Assembly (NCBI GenBank): GCA_037441285.1 | Contig: JBBISL010000008.1 | Span: 1-64,000, forward strand | Reading direction: 5' to 3' | Length of the DNA stretch: 64,000 nt | From: a candidate division WOR-3 bacterium | GTDB lineage: Bacteria; Hydrothermota; Tepidihabitantia; Tepidihabitantales; Tepidihabitantaceae | In this document: piece after piece, positions 1 to 7,615 of the stretch | How the letters are laid out: every line of letters starts with the position of its first letter | Position numbering within the stretch: position 1 is the stretch's first letter | The notes under the pieces: model-generated | The model's input: the letters and a program-made list of their open reading frames with translations, nothing else | Told to the model about the DNA's origin: nothing | Databases searched by the model: none | Translations under genes and position numbers: made by a program

Positions 1-341
1 ACCTTGGTGACGACCGTTACCACGCGCCGCTTAATACCCATCGGCCGGAACTCATTGTCCAGAACCTGTTGAATCATATAACCAATTTCCGCCTGGGTCT
101 GGGCATTCGCGGCATCGAGCGGAATCTCCGGGACCCGCATTCTCGCCAGGTGCGAACGCAACAGCACAAATCCAACCTGCGGACCATTGCCATGGGTAAT
201 CAAAACCCGCTCACCCGCACGAACCATCTCGGCAATCGGACGACAACTGCCCTGCAATGTTGCCATCTGGTCCGCAAACGAACTCCGCTCCTTATTCCGG
301 ATAAGAGAATTACCGCCAATCGCTACAACCGTTATCGCCAT
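1..341 (-). CDS. arcC: carbamate kinase, N-terminal part (runs off window start; absent from ORF track)
   Basis: Hand translation gives MAITVVAIGGNSLIRNKERSSFADQMATL...LITHGNGPQVG...PLDAANAQTQAEIGYMIQQVL; the AIGGN, THGNGPQVG and TQxxIGY motifs are those of carbamate kinase. Confidence 0.93.
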   Translation of the reverse strand, partial: MAITVVAIGGNSLIRNKERSSFADQMATLQGSCRPIAEMVRAGERVLITHGNGPQVGFVLLRSHLARMRVPEIPLDAANAQTQAEIGYMIQQVLDNEFRPMGIKRRVVTVVTK

Positions 342-348
342 ATTCCTA

Positions 349-376
349 ATCATACACCGCCCGGGGCGTGAATCAA
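349..376 (-). promoter_or_regulatory. sigma70-type promoter of arcC, near-leaderless
   Basis: TTGATT-16 nt-TATGAT, 7 nt before ATG at 341. Confidence 0.6.
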
Positions 377-393
377 GCCTGTAGATTTAGAAC

Positions 394-421
394 TTGATTT
401 CACTTCCCCCCACACTAAACT
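394..421 (+). promoter_or_regulatory. sigma70-type promoter of the DUF2703 gene
   Basis: TTGATT-16 nt-TAAACT, 10 nt before ATG 432, no SD. Confidence 0.5.
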
Positions 422-431
422 TATCAGCGTA

Positions 432-815
432 ATGCAAAGGGTTCTGAAAATCACCTGGCAAAGGCTTTTAATTGAAGACCGCACCTGTCCGCGGTGTAAT
501 GATACGGAGAATGAACTGGACAAGGCGGTTGCAATATTAGAAGAAAAACTGGCACCGCTCGGCTGGAAAATCGTTGTCGAAAAGAAACCGCTCACCAGAG
601 AACAATTTGATAAAGCACCATTGTCATCAAACCTCATTCTGCTTAACGACCGCCCGATTGAGGAGTACCTTGCGGCGCATACCGGACAAAGCCCCTGTTG
701 CGATGTGTGCGGACCGGCTCAATGCCGAACGATTGAAGTCGATGAGCTTTCCTACGAAACCGTGCCCGCTGACTTAATTGTCCGTGCTGCCCTTACAGCT
801 GCGGGCATCGTCTGA
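432..815 (+). CDS. DUF2703 family (thioredoxin-like, Cys-rich) protein
   Basis: IxWQRL...TCPRCxDT N-terminus, SNLILLNDRPIEE and CCDVCGxxxCRT motifs typical of DUF2703. Confidence 0.8.
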   Translation: MQRVLKITWQRLLIEDRTCPRCNDTENELDKAVAILEEKLAPLGWKIVVEKKPLTREQFDKAPLSSNLILLNDRPIEEYLAAHTGQSPCCDVCGPAQCRTIEVDELSYETVPADLIVRAALTAAGIV

Positions 816-878
816 TGTTAAACAACAACCATTTTTGTTGTTTATCCGGTCCTTTGTCGCTCAATTATAACTGACACT

Positions 879-1460
879 GTGCCTCATCGGTTTGACCCGA
901 AAAACCGCGCCGCGCTCTTCAGCCCGGAACGGCAAAAACGCCTCCCACCCCAACCGGTAATAAAGGTGCTCAACTTAAAACCCGGTTTCACCCTGCTTGA
1001 CATCGGTGCCGGTACCGGCTACTTCACCTTACCGGCACTGAGGAAACTGGGCAAAAAGGGGACAATCATCGCCCTCGATATCGAGCGGAAAATGCTCGAA
1101 GAACTCGAAAGCAAACTTCCCCCAAACACCGGAAATGTTCAGCTCCTTCACGCCCGGGCTGAAAAAATCCCCCTGCCCGCGGCAATCGCCGATCGCATTT
1201 TGATGGCACTCGTTCTCCACGAAGTCGGTAACAAAACTGCTGCACTTCAGGAAGCGCGACGCCTGCTAAAGCCCGAAGGCGTTCTGGTTGTTGTTGAATG
1301 GGAAAAAGTAAAACCTCCACCGGGTCCCCCCATCCGTGAAAGAATCTCACAAACACAACTGAAAAAACTAACCCGAAGTGCTGGCTTCGCCCTCTGCCAC
1401 CACCAGCAACTCAACCCCTTTCACTACCTTGTCACCTTCGAACCCATCCCCGATTTTTAG
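879..1460 (+). CDS. class I SAM-dependent methyltransferase
   Basis: LLDIGAGTG motif I, ALDIE, VLHEV, LKPEG-VVVEW, PGPP motifs. Confidence 0.88.
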   Translation: MPHRFDPKNRAALFSPERQKRLPPQPVIKVLNLKPGFTLLDIGAGTGYFTLPALRKLGKKGTIIALDIERKMLEELESKLPPNTGNVQLLHARAEKIPLPAAIADRILMALVLHEVGNKTAALQEARRLLKPEGVLVVVEWEKVKPPPGPPIRERISQTQLKKLTRSAGFALCHHQQLNPFHYLVTFEPIPDF

Positions 1461-1499
1461 CCGCCCCAGCAAAAATTGCCGCACCCTGCTTAACCTTTC

Positions 1500-1527
1500 T
1501 TGACTGTGGAAATTAAAAGGCTATTAT
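1500..1527 (+). promoter_or_regulatory. sigma70-type promoter of hpf-hprK
   Basis: TTGACT-16 nt-TATTAT, then AAGGAGG SD before ATG 1547. Confidence 0.55.
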
Positions 1528-1546
1528 TATATGTAAAGGAGGAAAA

Positions 1547-1882
1547 ATGCAGATTACACTCACCGCGCGTCATCTGGAAATTACCCCTCATCTCCGTGAA
1601 TATGTAACCAAGAAGTTAGAAAAACTGGGAAAGTTTGACCATCAGATTTTGAAAAGTGAGGTCATTCTCTTTCCGGACCGGGCATATGAGGTCGCCGAGG
1701 GCAAGGTTCATACCGGGCATTTTGTCGTTACCGCCAAGGGCCACGGCAGCGACTCTTATCAGGCGGTAAATGACCTCGCTGACAAATTGGTAATCCAACT
1801 GGAACGCCGTCTGGGAAAAATCCGCACCCGGCGGCGACGGGCACCCGGCCACAAACTCCGCCCAGAAAAATCAAACCCGTAA
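1547..1882 (+). CDS. hpf: ribosome hibernation promoting factor (short HPF/RaiA)
   Basis: MQITLTARHLEITPHLREYVTKKLEKL and DSYQAVNDLADKLVIQL pattern; strong SD. Confidence 0.92.
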   Translation: MQITLTARHLEITPHLREYVTKKLEKLGKFDHQILKSEVILFPDRAYEVAEGKVHTGHFVVTAKGHGSDSYQAVNDLADKLVIQLERRLGKIRTRRRRAPGHKLRPEKSNP

Positions 1883-1888
1883 GGGTAA

Positions 1889-2878
1889 ATGGAAATTTCT
1901 TCAAAGCAAATTACGGTCGGAACCTTACTCGAAGAAAAGAAAGCCGACTGGCAACTTGAACTGCTCGCCGGTCACAATGGACTGGAGACTAACTTCATCT
2001 CCACCCCGGATATCAACCGGCCCGGAATGGCACTCGCCGGTTACACCGGTGTATTCCTGCGGGAACGAATTCAGATTGTCGGTAGCACTGAACTTTCCTA
2101 CCTGGAAAACTTATCCTTAGAGCAGTACGCTCAGGCGGTCCGCACCCTTCTGGAACTGAAACCGGTCGCGGTCATCATCACCAAAAAATTACCGGTGGCT
2201 GAGGTCTGGACTCAGGAAGGCAATCGGTTAGGTGTGCCGATAATCCGCACGCCGTTCGATACCACACCTTTTATTCACCTTTTGAGCGTCTTCCTTGACT
2301 ACCGACTGGCACCAGAAACTTACATCCACGGCGACCTGGTTGATGTCTTTGGAGTGGGACTGCTCATCACCGGTGAATCAGGCATCGGAAAAAGTGAATG
2401 TGCCCTTGACCTTGTTGACCGTGGTCATCGTCTGGTTGCCGACGACCTGGTCCGAATATTACGCCGGGGCACGGGAATTCTTATGGGGTACCCGGCGGCG
2501 AAATCCCCTGCCCTCGCTCACCATATTGAGGTTCGGGGTGTCGGTATTGTTGATGTCTATAGCCTCTACGGAGTCCGGGCAATCCGCATCCAGAAAAGGA
2601 TCGAAGTCGAGGTTCGTCTCATCCAGTGGCAAAGCGGCGTGGAATGCGAAAGAGCCGGCCTGGAAGAACAGTTTTCCGAAATCCTTGGGGTCAAAATCCC
2701 GCTGGTAACAATTCCTGTTGTCCCGGGCAAAAACCTTGCCCTGGTGCACGAAGTCATTGCCAAAAATCACATCCTTAAAGTCTTCGGTTACTATCCGGCA
2801 CGGCGGTTTAACGACGAACTGATGCGGGTAATGAGTAAATCACCCATTGACCCCTATTTAACTGAAGACCAGGAATAA
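1889..2878 (+). CDS. hprK: HPr(Ser) kinase/phosphorylase
   Basis: INRPGMALAG, Walker A GESGIGKSE, LVADD and EVRGVGIVDV signature. Confidence 0.96.
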   Translation: MEISSKQITVGTLLEEKKADWQLELLAGHNGLETNFISTPDINRPGMALAGYTGVFLRERIQIVGSTELSYLENLSLEQYAQAVRTLLELKPVAVIITKKLPVAEVWTQEGNRLGVPIIRTPFDTTPFIHLLSVFLDYRLAPETYIHGDLVDVFGVGLLITGESGIGKSECALDLVDRGHRLVADDLVRILRRGTGILMGYPAAKSPALAHHIEVRGVGIVDVYSLYGVRAIRIQKRIEVEVRLIQWQSGVECERAGLEEQFSEILGVKIPLVTIPVVPGKNLALVHEVIAKNHILKVFGYYPARRFNDELMRVMSKSPIDPYLTEDQE

Positions 2879-2919
2879 AACCGAAGAAGTCAGAAAAACA
2901 CCGCAACCCGCACCTCTAA

Positions 2920-5805
2920 CTACGGCTCGGCGAGTCGCTTGGTCAATGATGTTCGCCATACTTTGCCCGCCTCATTAAGGTCAAGTTTTACCACTTCACC
3001 TCCATCCAGCCCCGAAATCGTTATGTATTGACCTTCCACTGTCCTTCCCACCGGAGCAAAAGGCAACCCGGCAAAAATCCTTTCAAACGCCTCCCGTTTC
3101 TGTGGCGCCACCTCACAGAGAAAACGACTGTTGGACTCACTGAAAAGTAAAAAGTCGTCGCGTTCAAACCAATGCGCCCCGGGCACATGGCGCAGTTGTA
3201 CCTCAACACCTATTCCACCGGCAAAACTCATCTCGGCAAGTGCTACACCAAGACCACCCTCGGATAGGTCGTGACAGGCAAGCACCAGTCCCCGGCTGAT
3301 TGCCTGAAACATCTTTATCATCAGCCGCCTTGCCCGATGCGGTTCCACCTTTGGCACATCGCGACCAATACCACCATGTACCCGCATAAACTCACTCCCA
3401 CCCAACTCTAAAAAGGTTTCGCCCACCAGATACACAAACGAACCCGGTTTTTTAAAGTCCGGCGTTATTGTCTTACGAACATCTGGAATTACACTTATCG
3501 CCGAAATCAACAAGGTCCCGGGTATTGGTAATGTTTCCCCCTGCTCGGTTTTAAACTCGTTGTAAAGAGAGTCCTTTCCGGAGATAAACGGTACCCGGAA
3601 GCCGCGTGCGGTATCATAACAACCTTCGGCCGCTCGCACCAGACCGCCTAACTGCTCGGGTTTTTCCGGACTCCCCCAGCAGAAGTTGTCCAGAATTGCG
3701 GTGCGTTCAATATCCCCGCCCGCGGCAACACAGTTCCGCAACGCTTCATCAATTGCCGAAGCCGCCATCCAGTAAGGGTCAACCAACCCAAACCTTGGGC
3801 ACAATCCGCAAGCTACAACACACGCCCGATTAGAACACTTTACCGGCACAATGACGCAGGCATCAGTTGGCCCAAAACTGTCCCGGCCGGCGAATGGCTT
3901 CAAAACCGTACCGGCTTGCACCTCATGGTCGTACTGCCTTGTCACCCACTCCTTACTGGCAATATTGGGCGTCGCCAGCAACTTGAGCATTATTTCGGTC
4001 AATTCCCGGCGATGGGGCACAAACGGCTCCGGAATGTCCTGCCTTTCCCAGTGTGCTATTCGCTTGACCCGGCGCCAACCATGATGAAGGAACCGCATCG
4101 GCAGCTCAGCAACAATTCGCTCCCGATACTTCAACACCAGCCTTTTTGTTCCGCTCACTTTCCCGATTATTGTTGCCTCAACATCGTTTTCCTTTGCCAG
4201 TTGTAAAAGCGGCTTGACCTTCTCTGGTTCAACAAATACCACCATCCGTTCCTGAGCCTCGGAAACCCAGATTTCGGCCGGACTCAAACCCGGATACTTC
4301 AGCGGGACCTTATCAAGCCAGACCTCACAACCGGTCCGCGCTGTCATCTCGCCCACGGCACTGGAAAGACCACCGCCCCCGCAATCGGTAATCGCACTGA
4401 AGAGCCCTTTATCCCTTGCCGCCAGAACCAGGTCCAGCAGTTTCTTCTCCTCAATCGGGTTGCCAATCTGGACCGCACCCGAAGAGAATTCGCTGGAACG
4501 TTCATCAAGTTCTAACGACGCAAAGGTTACTCCGTGAATTCCATCGCGGCCAGTTCGTCCGCCGAGCAGCATAATCATTTGTCCGGTTTGCACCTTTTTC
4601 TTTAGCATCGAGCGGGGAATGAGCCCGACCGTGCCACAGAATACCAAAGGATTGCCTGAATACCCCTGGTCAAAATAGACCGCTCCATTCGCCGTTGGAA
4701 TTCCCATGCGATTGCCATAATCCCGCACTCCGGTCACTACCCCTTTCATCACCCGGCGCGGGTGTAAAACCCCTCGGGGCAAATCGTTAAAATCGGTGCC
4801 GGGATGACCAAAACAGAACACATCTGTATTCAAAATCGGCTTTGCTCCCAAACCGGTCCCAAGACAGTCCCGAATTACACCACCGATGCCGGTTGCCGCG
4901 CCACCATAAGGTTCCAGCGCGGAAGGATGATTGTGCGTCTCCACCTTAAAACTGATTCCGTACTTTTCGTCAAATTCAATCACCCCGGAGTTATCCTCAA
5001 ACGCCGAAAGCACCCACGGCAGGGCAAGTTCTTCAGTAACCCGCATAATTGTCGACTTTAATAAATTGTTTATCCGTCTCCGGCCAAAAACAATCTCCCC
5101 CCGAAATGTTTTATGCTGACAGTGCTCGGACCAGGTTTGAGCAAAAGTCTCTAACTCAACATCGGTCGGGTCCCGCCCGATCTTTTCATAAAACCGCCGT
5201 AATATCTTCATCTCCTCAACCGATAAAGCAAGGAGACGGTTTCGAGAAATTCTTTCTAATTCACCGTCACTTTGACCGCGCAAAGGGATTACCACCGGCT
5301 TAAAACGGTAGGGTTTGGGCTGGGCAAAAACTTTCTCTCCCGGAGACGCCAGGTGTTGTATCAAGGGATTAAACATCAAACCCCGGCTGAGCATCATTCG
5401 TTCTTCGGCAGTCAGGGCTCTTCCCAAGCGATAACCTCGCCCGGTGCGTACCCGTACCTCTTTATACCCCATATCCTCAAGCGCCCGTAACGCCGTCGCG
5501 ACACTCGGGTCCATTACTCCTGGATTGTAAAGGACCAGAGTTTCATCACCCGCCTTCAAAACGTCGCCCTCAAGGACCTCAGCCCGCCATTCTTCAACAA
5601 CCGGGTCGCACAACAACTCCTGAGCAATCGTCTCCACATTGGGGACGCTCAATTCCCCTTCGATGAACCACACCCGGGTAATTCTTACCGGTGAAAGCGA
5701 TTTTAAACCCATATCCCGAGCATCAACCTCGAACGCCCGTGCCTCAGGGTCAAAACCCTTTTTAGTGATATCAATCCGCCAAACCGCCATTGGCGCCTTA
5801 CTCAC
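2920..5805 (-). CDS. purL: phosphoribosylformylglycinamidine synthase PurL with N-terminal tandem PurS-like domains
   Basis: WSEHCQHK, ETHNHPS-EPYGGAATG, DCGGGG, SEAQER, QYDHEV, GKDSLYN motifs; LLCDPVVE and FNPLIQ PurS-like ends in the first ~150 aa. Confidence 0.95.
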   Translation of the reverse strand: MSKAPMAVWRIDITKKGFDPEARAFEVDARDMGLKSLSPVRITRVWFIEGELSVPNVETIAQELLCDPVVEEWRAEVLEGDVLKAGDETLVLYNPGVMDPSVATALRALEDMGYKEVRVRTGRGYRLGRALTAEERMMLSRGLMFNPLIQHLASPGEKVFAQPKPYRFKPVVIPLRGQSDGELERISRNRLLALSVEEMKILRRFYEKIGRDPTDVELETFAQTWSEHCQHKTFRGEIVFGRRRINNLLKSTIMRVTEELALPWVLSAFEDNSGVIEFDEKYGISFKVETHNHPSALEPYGGAATGIGGVIRDCLGTGLGAKPILNTDVFCFGHPGTDFNDLPRGVLHPRRVMKGVVTGVRDYGNRMGIPTANGAVYFDQGYSGNPLVFCGTVGLIPRSMLKKKVQTGQMIMLLGGRTGRDGIHGVTFASLELDERSSEFSSGAVQIGNPIEEKKLLDLVLAARDKGLFSAITDCGGGGLSSAVGEMTARTGCEVWLDKVPLKYPGLSPAEIWVSEAQERMVVFVEPEKVKPLLQLAKENDVEATIIGKVSGTKRLVLKYRERIVAELPMRFLHHGWRRVKRIAHWERQDIPEPFVPHRRELTEIMLKLLATPNIASKEWVTRQYDHEVQAGTVLKPFAGRDSFGPTDACVIVPVKCSNRACVVACGLCPRFGLVDPYWMAASAIDEALRNCVAAGGDIERTAILDNFCWGSPEKPEQLGGLVRAAEGCYDTARGFRVPFISGKDSLYNEFKTEQGETLPIPGTLLISAISVIPDVRKTITPDFKKPGSFVYLVGETFLELGGSEFMRVHGGIGRDVPKVEPHRARRLMIKMFQAISRGLVLACHDLSEGGLGVALAEMSFAGGIGVEVQLRHVPGAHWFERDDFLLFSESNSRFLCEVAPQKREAFERIFAGLPFAPVGRTVEGQYITISGLDGGEVVKLDLNEAGKVWRTSLTKRLAEP

Positions 5806-6346
5806 TGATCAACTTACGGAACTCCTGGTCTAAAGAGTCAAGCACTCGACCGCTGATTGCCGAATCAACGGAAAAAACAAACTCATTGACACTATTCCGC
5901 AACTCTACATACCTCTTTCTTGCCTTGGTAAACAGTGGCTTACGCTCGACATAAGAACGTGCGCTCTCGACCGCGGCAAACTCAATCCGCAACTGTTTCA
6001 ATCCCAGACTGCAACTCCGGTAAAGTGAATCCTGATAAAAAGAAAGCGTTTCTATCTTCCCCCGATACTCCCGCAATCGCCGCTCCAGTCTTGTTATACC
6101 CCGCGCCAGTTGTCGCCTTACACGACTCATTGTTGTATCCGGAGTAATTGGACCGAGCGGAACCGGAGCCGGTCCAATTTGTACTCGGCCCGCATTCTTA
6201 ATCACGACGACGACGGCTGTTGTCAGCACCAGGAGTAAAAACACCACCATCGGGATAAAAAATACCGGCTTTTGCCAGAAGACGGGACCACTCTGGGACG
6301 ACTCATTATCCGGTTGTTTCTGTTTCTCTTCTTCCGGAACCATCAT
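5798..6346 (-). CDS. hypothetical single-pass membrane protein with helical/coiled-coil soluble part
   Basis: 182-aa ORF with one hydrophobic segment; stop overlaps purL start; TATAAT 8 nt upstream. Confidence 0.7.
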   Translation of the reverse strand: MMVPEEEKQKQPDNESSQSGPVFWQKPVFFIPMVVFLLLVLTTAVVVVIKNAGRVQIGPAPVPLGPITPDTTMSRVRRQLARGITRLERRLREYRGKIETLSFYQDSLYRSCSLGLKQLRIEFAAVESARSYVERKPLFTKARKRYVELRNSVNEFVFSVDSAISGRVLDSLDQEFRKLISE

Positions 6347-6416
6347 ACAGGGTAATTATACTAAAAATACCTTCGGGACAAATCTTTCCCGCGGCGCTTT
6401 TAACCGCGCTTAAAAC

Positions 6417-6701
6417 CTACTCTTGCATCAGCTCCTCAACCTCCTGCTCACCCGCTTCCAGCTCCTCCATTTGCTCTTTATCACTCTTCAATAGTAAAGC
6501 CTCAAACTCCCCTAAATGAGTCTTTTCCTCTCGAGCCACATCCAGTAACACCCTCCTTATTGTTTCATCTTCTACCATTGCTGCCATCTGCTCATAAAGA
6601 TTTATCGCATCCAGCTCGGCAATCATCGCCGCTCGCAAGACCTCTAACTCGATAGTCTTTTGCTTGATTTCATCAAGCTCTATTGGAATATGCGAAAGCA
6701 T
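6417..6701 (-). CDS. encapsulin-associated-type ferritin-like protein (EncFtn/Flp family)
   Basis: RAAMIAELDAINLYEQMA...LLDVAREEKTHLGEFEALL ferroxidase half-site motifs; AAGGAGG SD places start at ATG 6701 or 6704. Confidence 0.85.
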   Translation of the reverse strand: MLSHIPIELDEIKQKTIELEVLRAAMIAELDAINLYEQMAAMVEDETIRRVLLDVAREEKTHLGEFEALLLKSDKEQMEELEAGEQEVEELMQE

Positions 6702-6712
6702 CATTTCCTCCT

Positions 6713-7387
6713 TTAACGATTTAACTTCTTGTGACAGAGCCACCAGTCAAAGCATTCAAACTCGCCCGCCTTTGCCTTTTCCAATCGCTCCTTGGCCGTT
6801 TTGACATCGCTCGCCGGCGGTACAATCACCCGGTCCTTAATGAGTTCATTGTTGGGCCAGTTTGCGGGCATCGCCACCTTATACTTGTCGGCAATCTGCA
6901 TCGCCTCAACCGCGCGTAAAATCTCATCCATATTTCTCCCCAGCTCTTGCGGGTAGTAAAGAATAATCCTGATTTTACCGCGGTCATCAACCACAAAAAC
7001 CGCCCGCACCGTATTCGTCCCCTTATTCGGATGAATTAGTCCTAACATACTGGCAACCCTGCCGGTATCGGCGATAATCGGGAATTCAATCTCAACTCCC
7101 AGTTTCTCTTTAATCCACTCCTCCCACTTGATATGTGAGAACACCTGGTCAACGCTTAATCCAATCAGTTCGCAATTCAGATTTCGAAATTTTTCGTAGC
7201 GCTTCTGGAAGGCAACAAACTCTGTCGTGCACACCGGAGTAAAATCCGCCGGGTGACTGAAAAGCACAAACCACTTACCGGCAAAAAACTTCGGCAGTTC
7301 TATCAACCCGTGCGTCGTCGGCACTTTGATTTCCGGAAAATCGTCCCCTAAAAGGGGCATTCCTCTTCTTTCAGCGATGTTTTCCAT
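6713..7387 (-). CDS. peroxiredoxin (Prx6 subfamily, with C-terminal CxDWWxC)
   Basis: [43 protein letters not shown]. Confidence 0.95.
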   Translation of the reverse strand: MENIAERRGMPLLGDDFPEIKVPTTHGLIELPKFFAGKWFVLFSHPADFTPVCTTEFVAFQKRYEKFRNLNCELIGLSVDQVFSHIKWEEWIKEKLGVEIEFPIIADTGRVASMLGLIHPNKGTNTVRAVFVVDDRGKIRIILYYPQELGRNMDEILRAVEAMQIADKYKVAMPANWPNNELIKDRVIVPPASDVKTAKERLEKAKAGEFECFDWWLCHKKLNR

Positions 7388-7420
7388 TCTTACCTCCCTT
7401 TGGTTATTGTTTTCATCTAA

Positions 7421-7458
7421 TTAACTTTAACTATAACTGAATTTTACCTTTAAGTAAA
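7421..7458 (-). promoter_or_regulatory. putative promoter of prx-ferritin with overlapping hexamer array
   Basis: TTTACT-17 nt-TATAGT on the minus strand; + strand TTAACT-TTAACT-ATAACT at 7421-7438 overlaps the -10 and start region. Confidence 0.4.
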
Positions 7459-7479
7459 TTTTTGCTCCCGTACACCTCC

Positions 7480-7508
7480 TTGACCCAACGCAAACTAATC
7501 GCTAAAAT
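7480..7508 (+). promoter_or_regulatory. promoter of tRNA-Thr
   Basis: TTGACC-17 nt-TAAAAT, 12 nt before the tRNA. Confidence 0.6.
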
Positions 7509-7520
7509 CGTTCGAAAAAT

Positions 7521-7593
7521 GCCGGCGTAGCTCAGCAGGCAGAGCAGCGGTTTCGTAAACCGCAGGTCGCCCGTTCGAGCCGGGCCGCCGGCT
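7521..7593 (+). tRNA. tRNA-Thr(CGT), CCA not encoded
   Basis: Acceptor GCCGGCG/CGCCGGC, D arm GCTC/GAGC, anticodon arm GCGGT-TTCGTAA-ACCGC, T loop TTCGAGC. Confidence 0.96.
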
Positions 7594-7615
7594 TACGAAA
7601 AGTGATAATCGAGGT

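Noticed and set aside
69..384. Plus-strand ORFs 69..371 and 187..384
   Set aside because: Antisense shadows of the carbamate kinase gene, which the ORF track misses because it has no stop in the window
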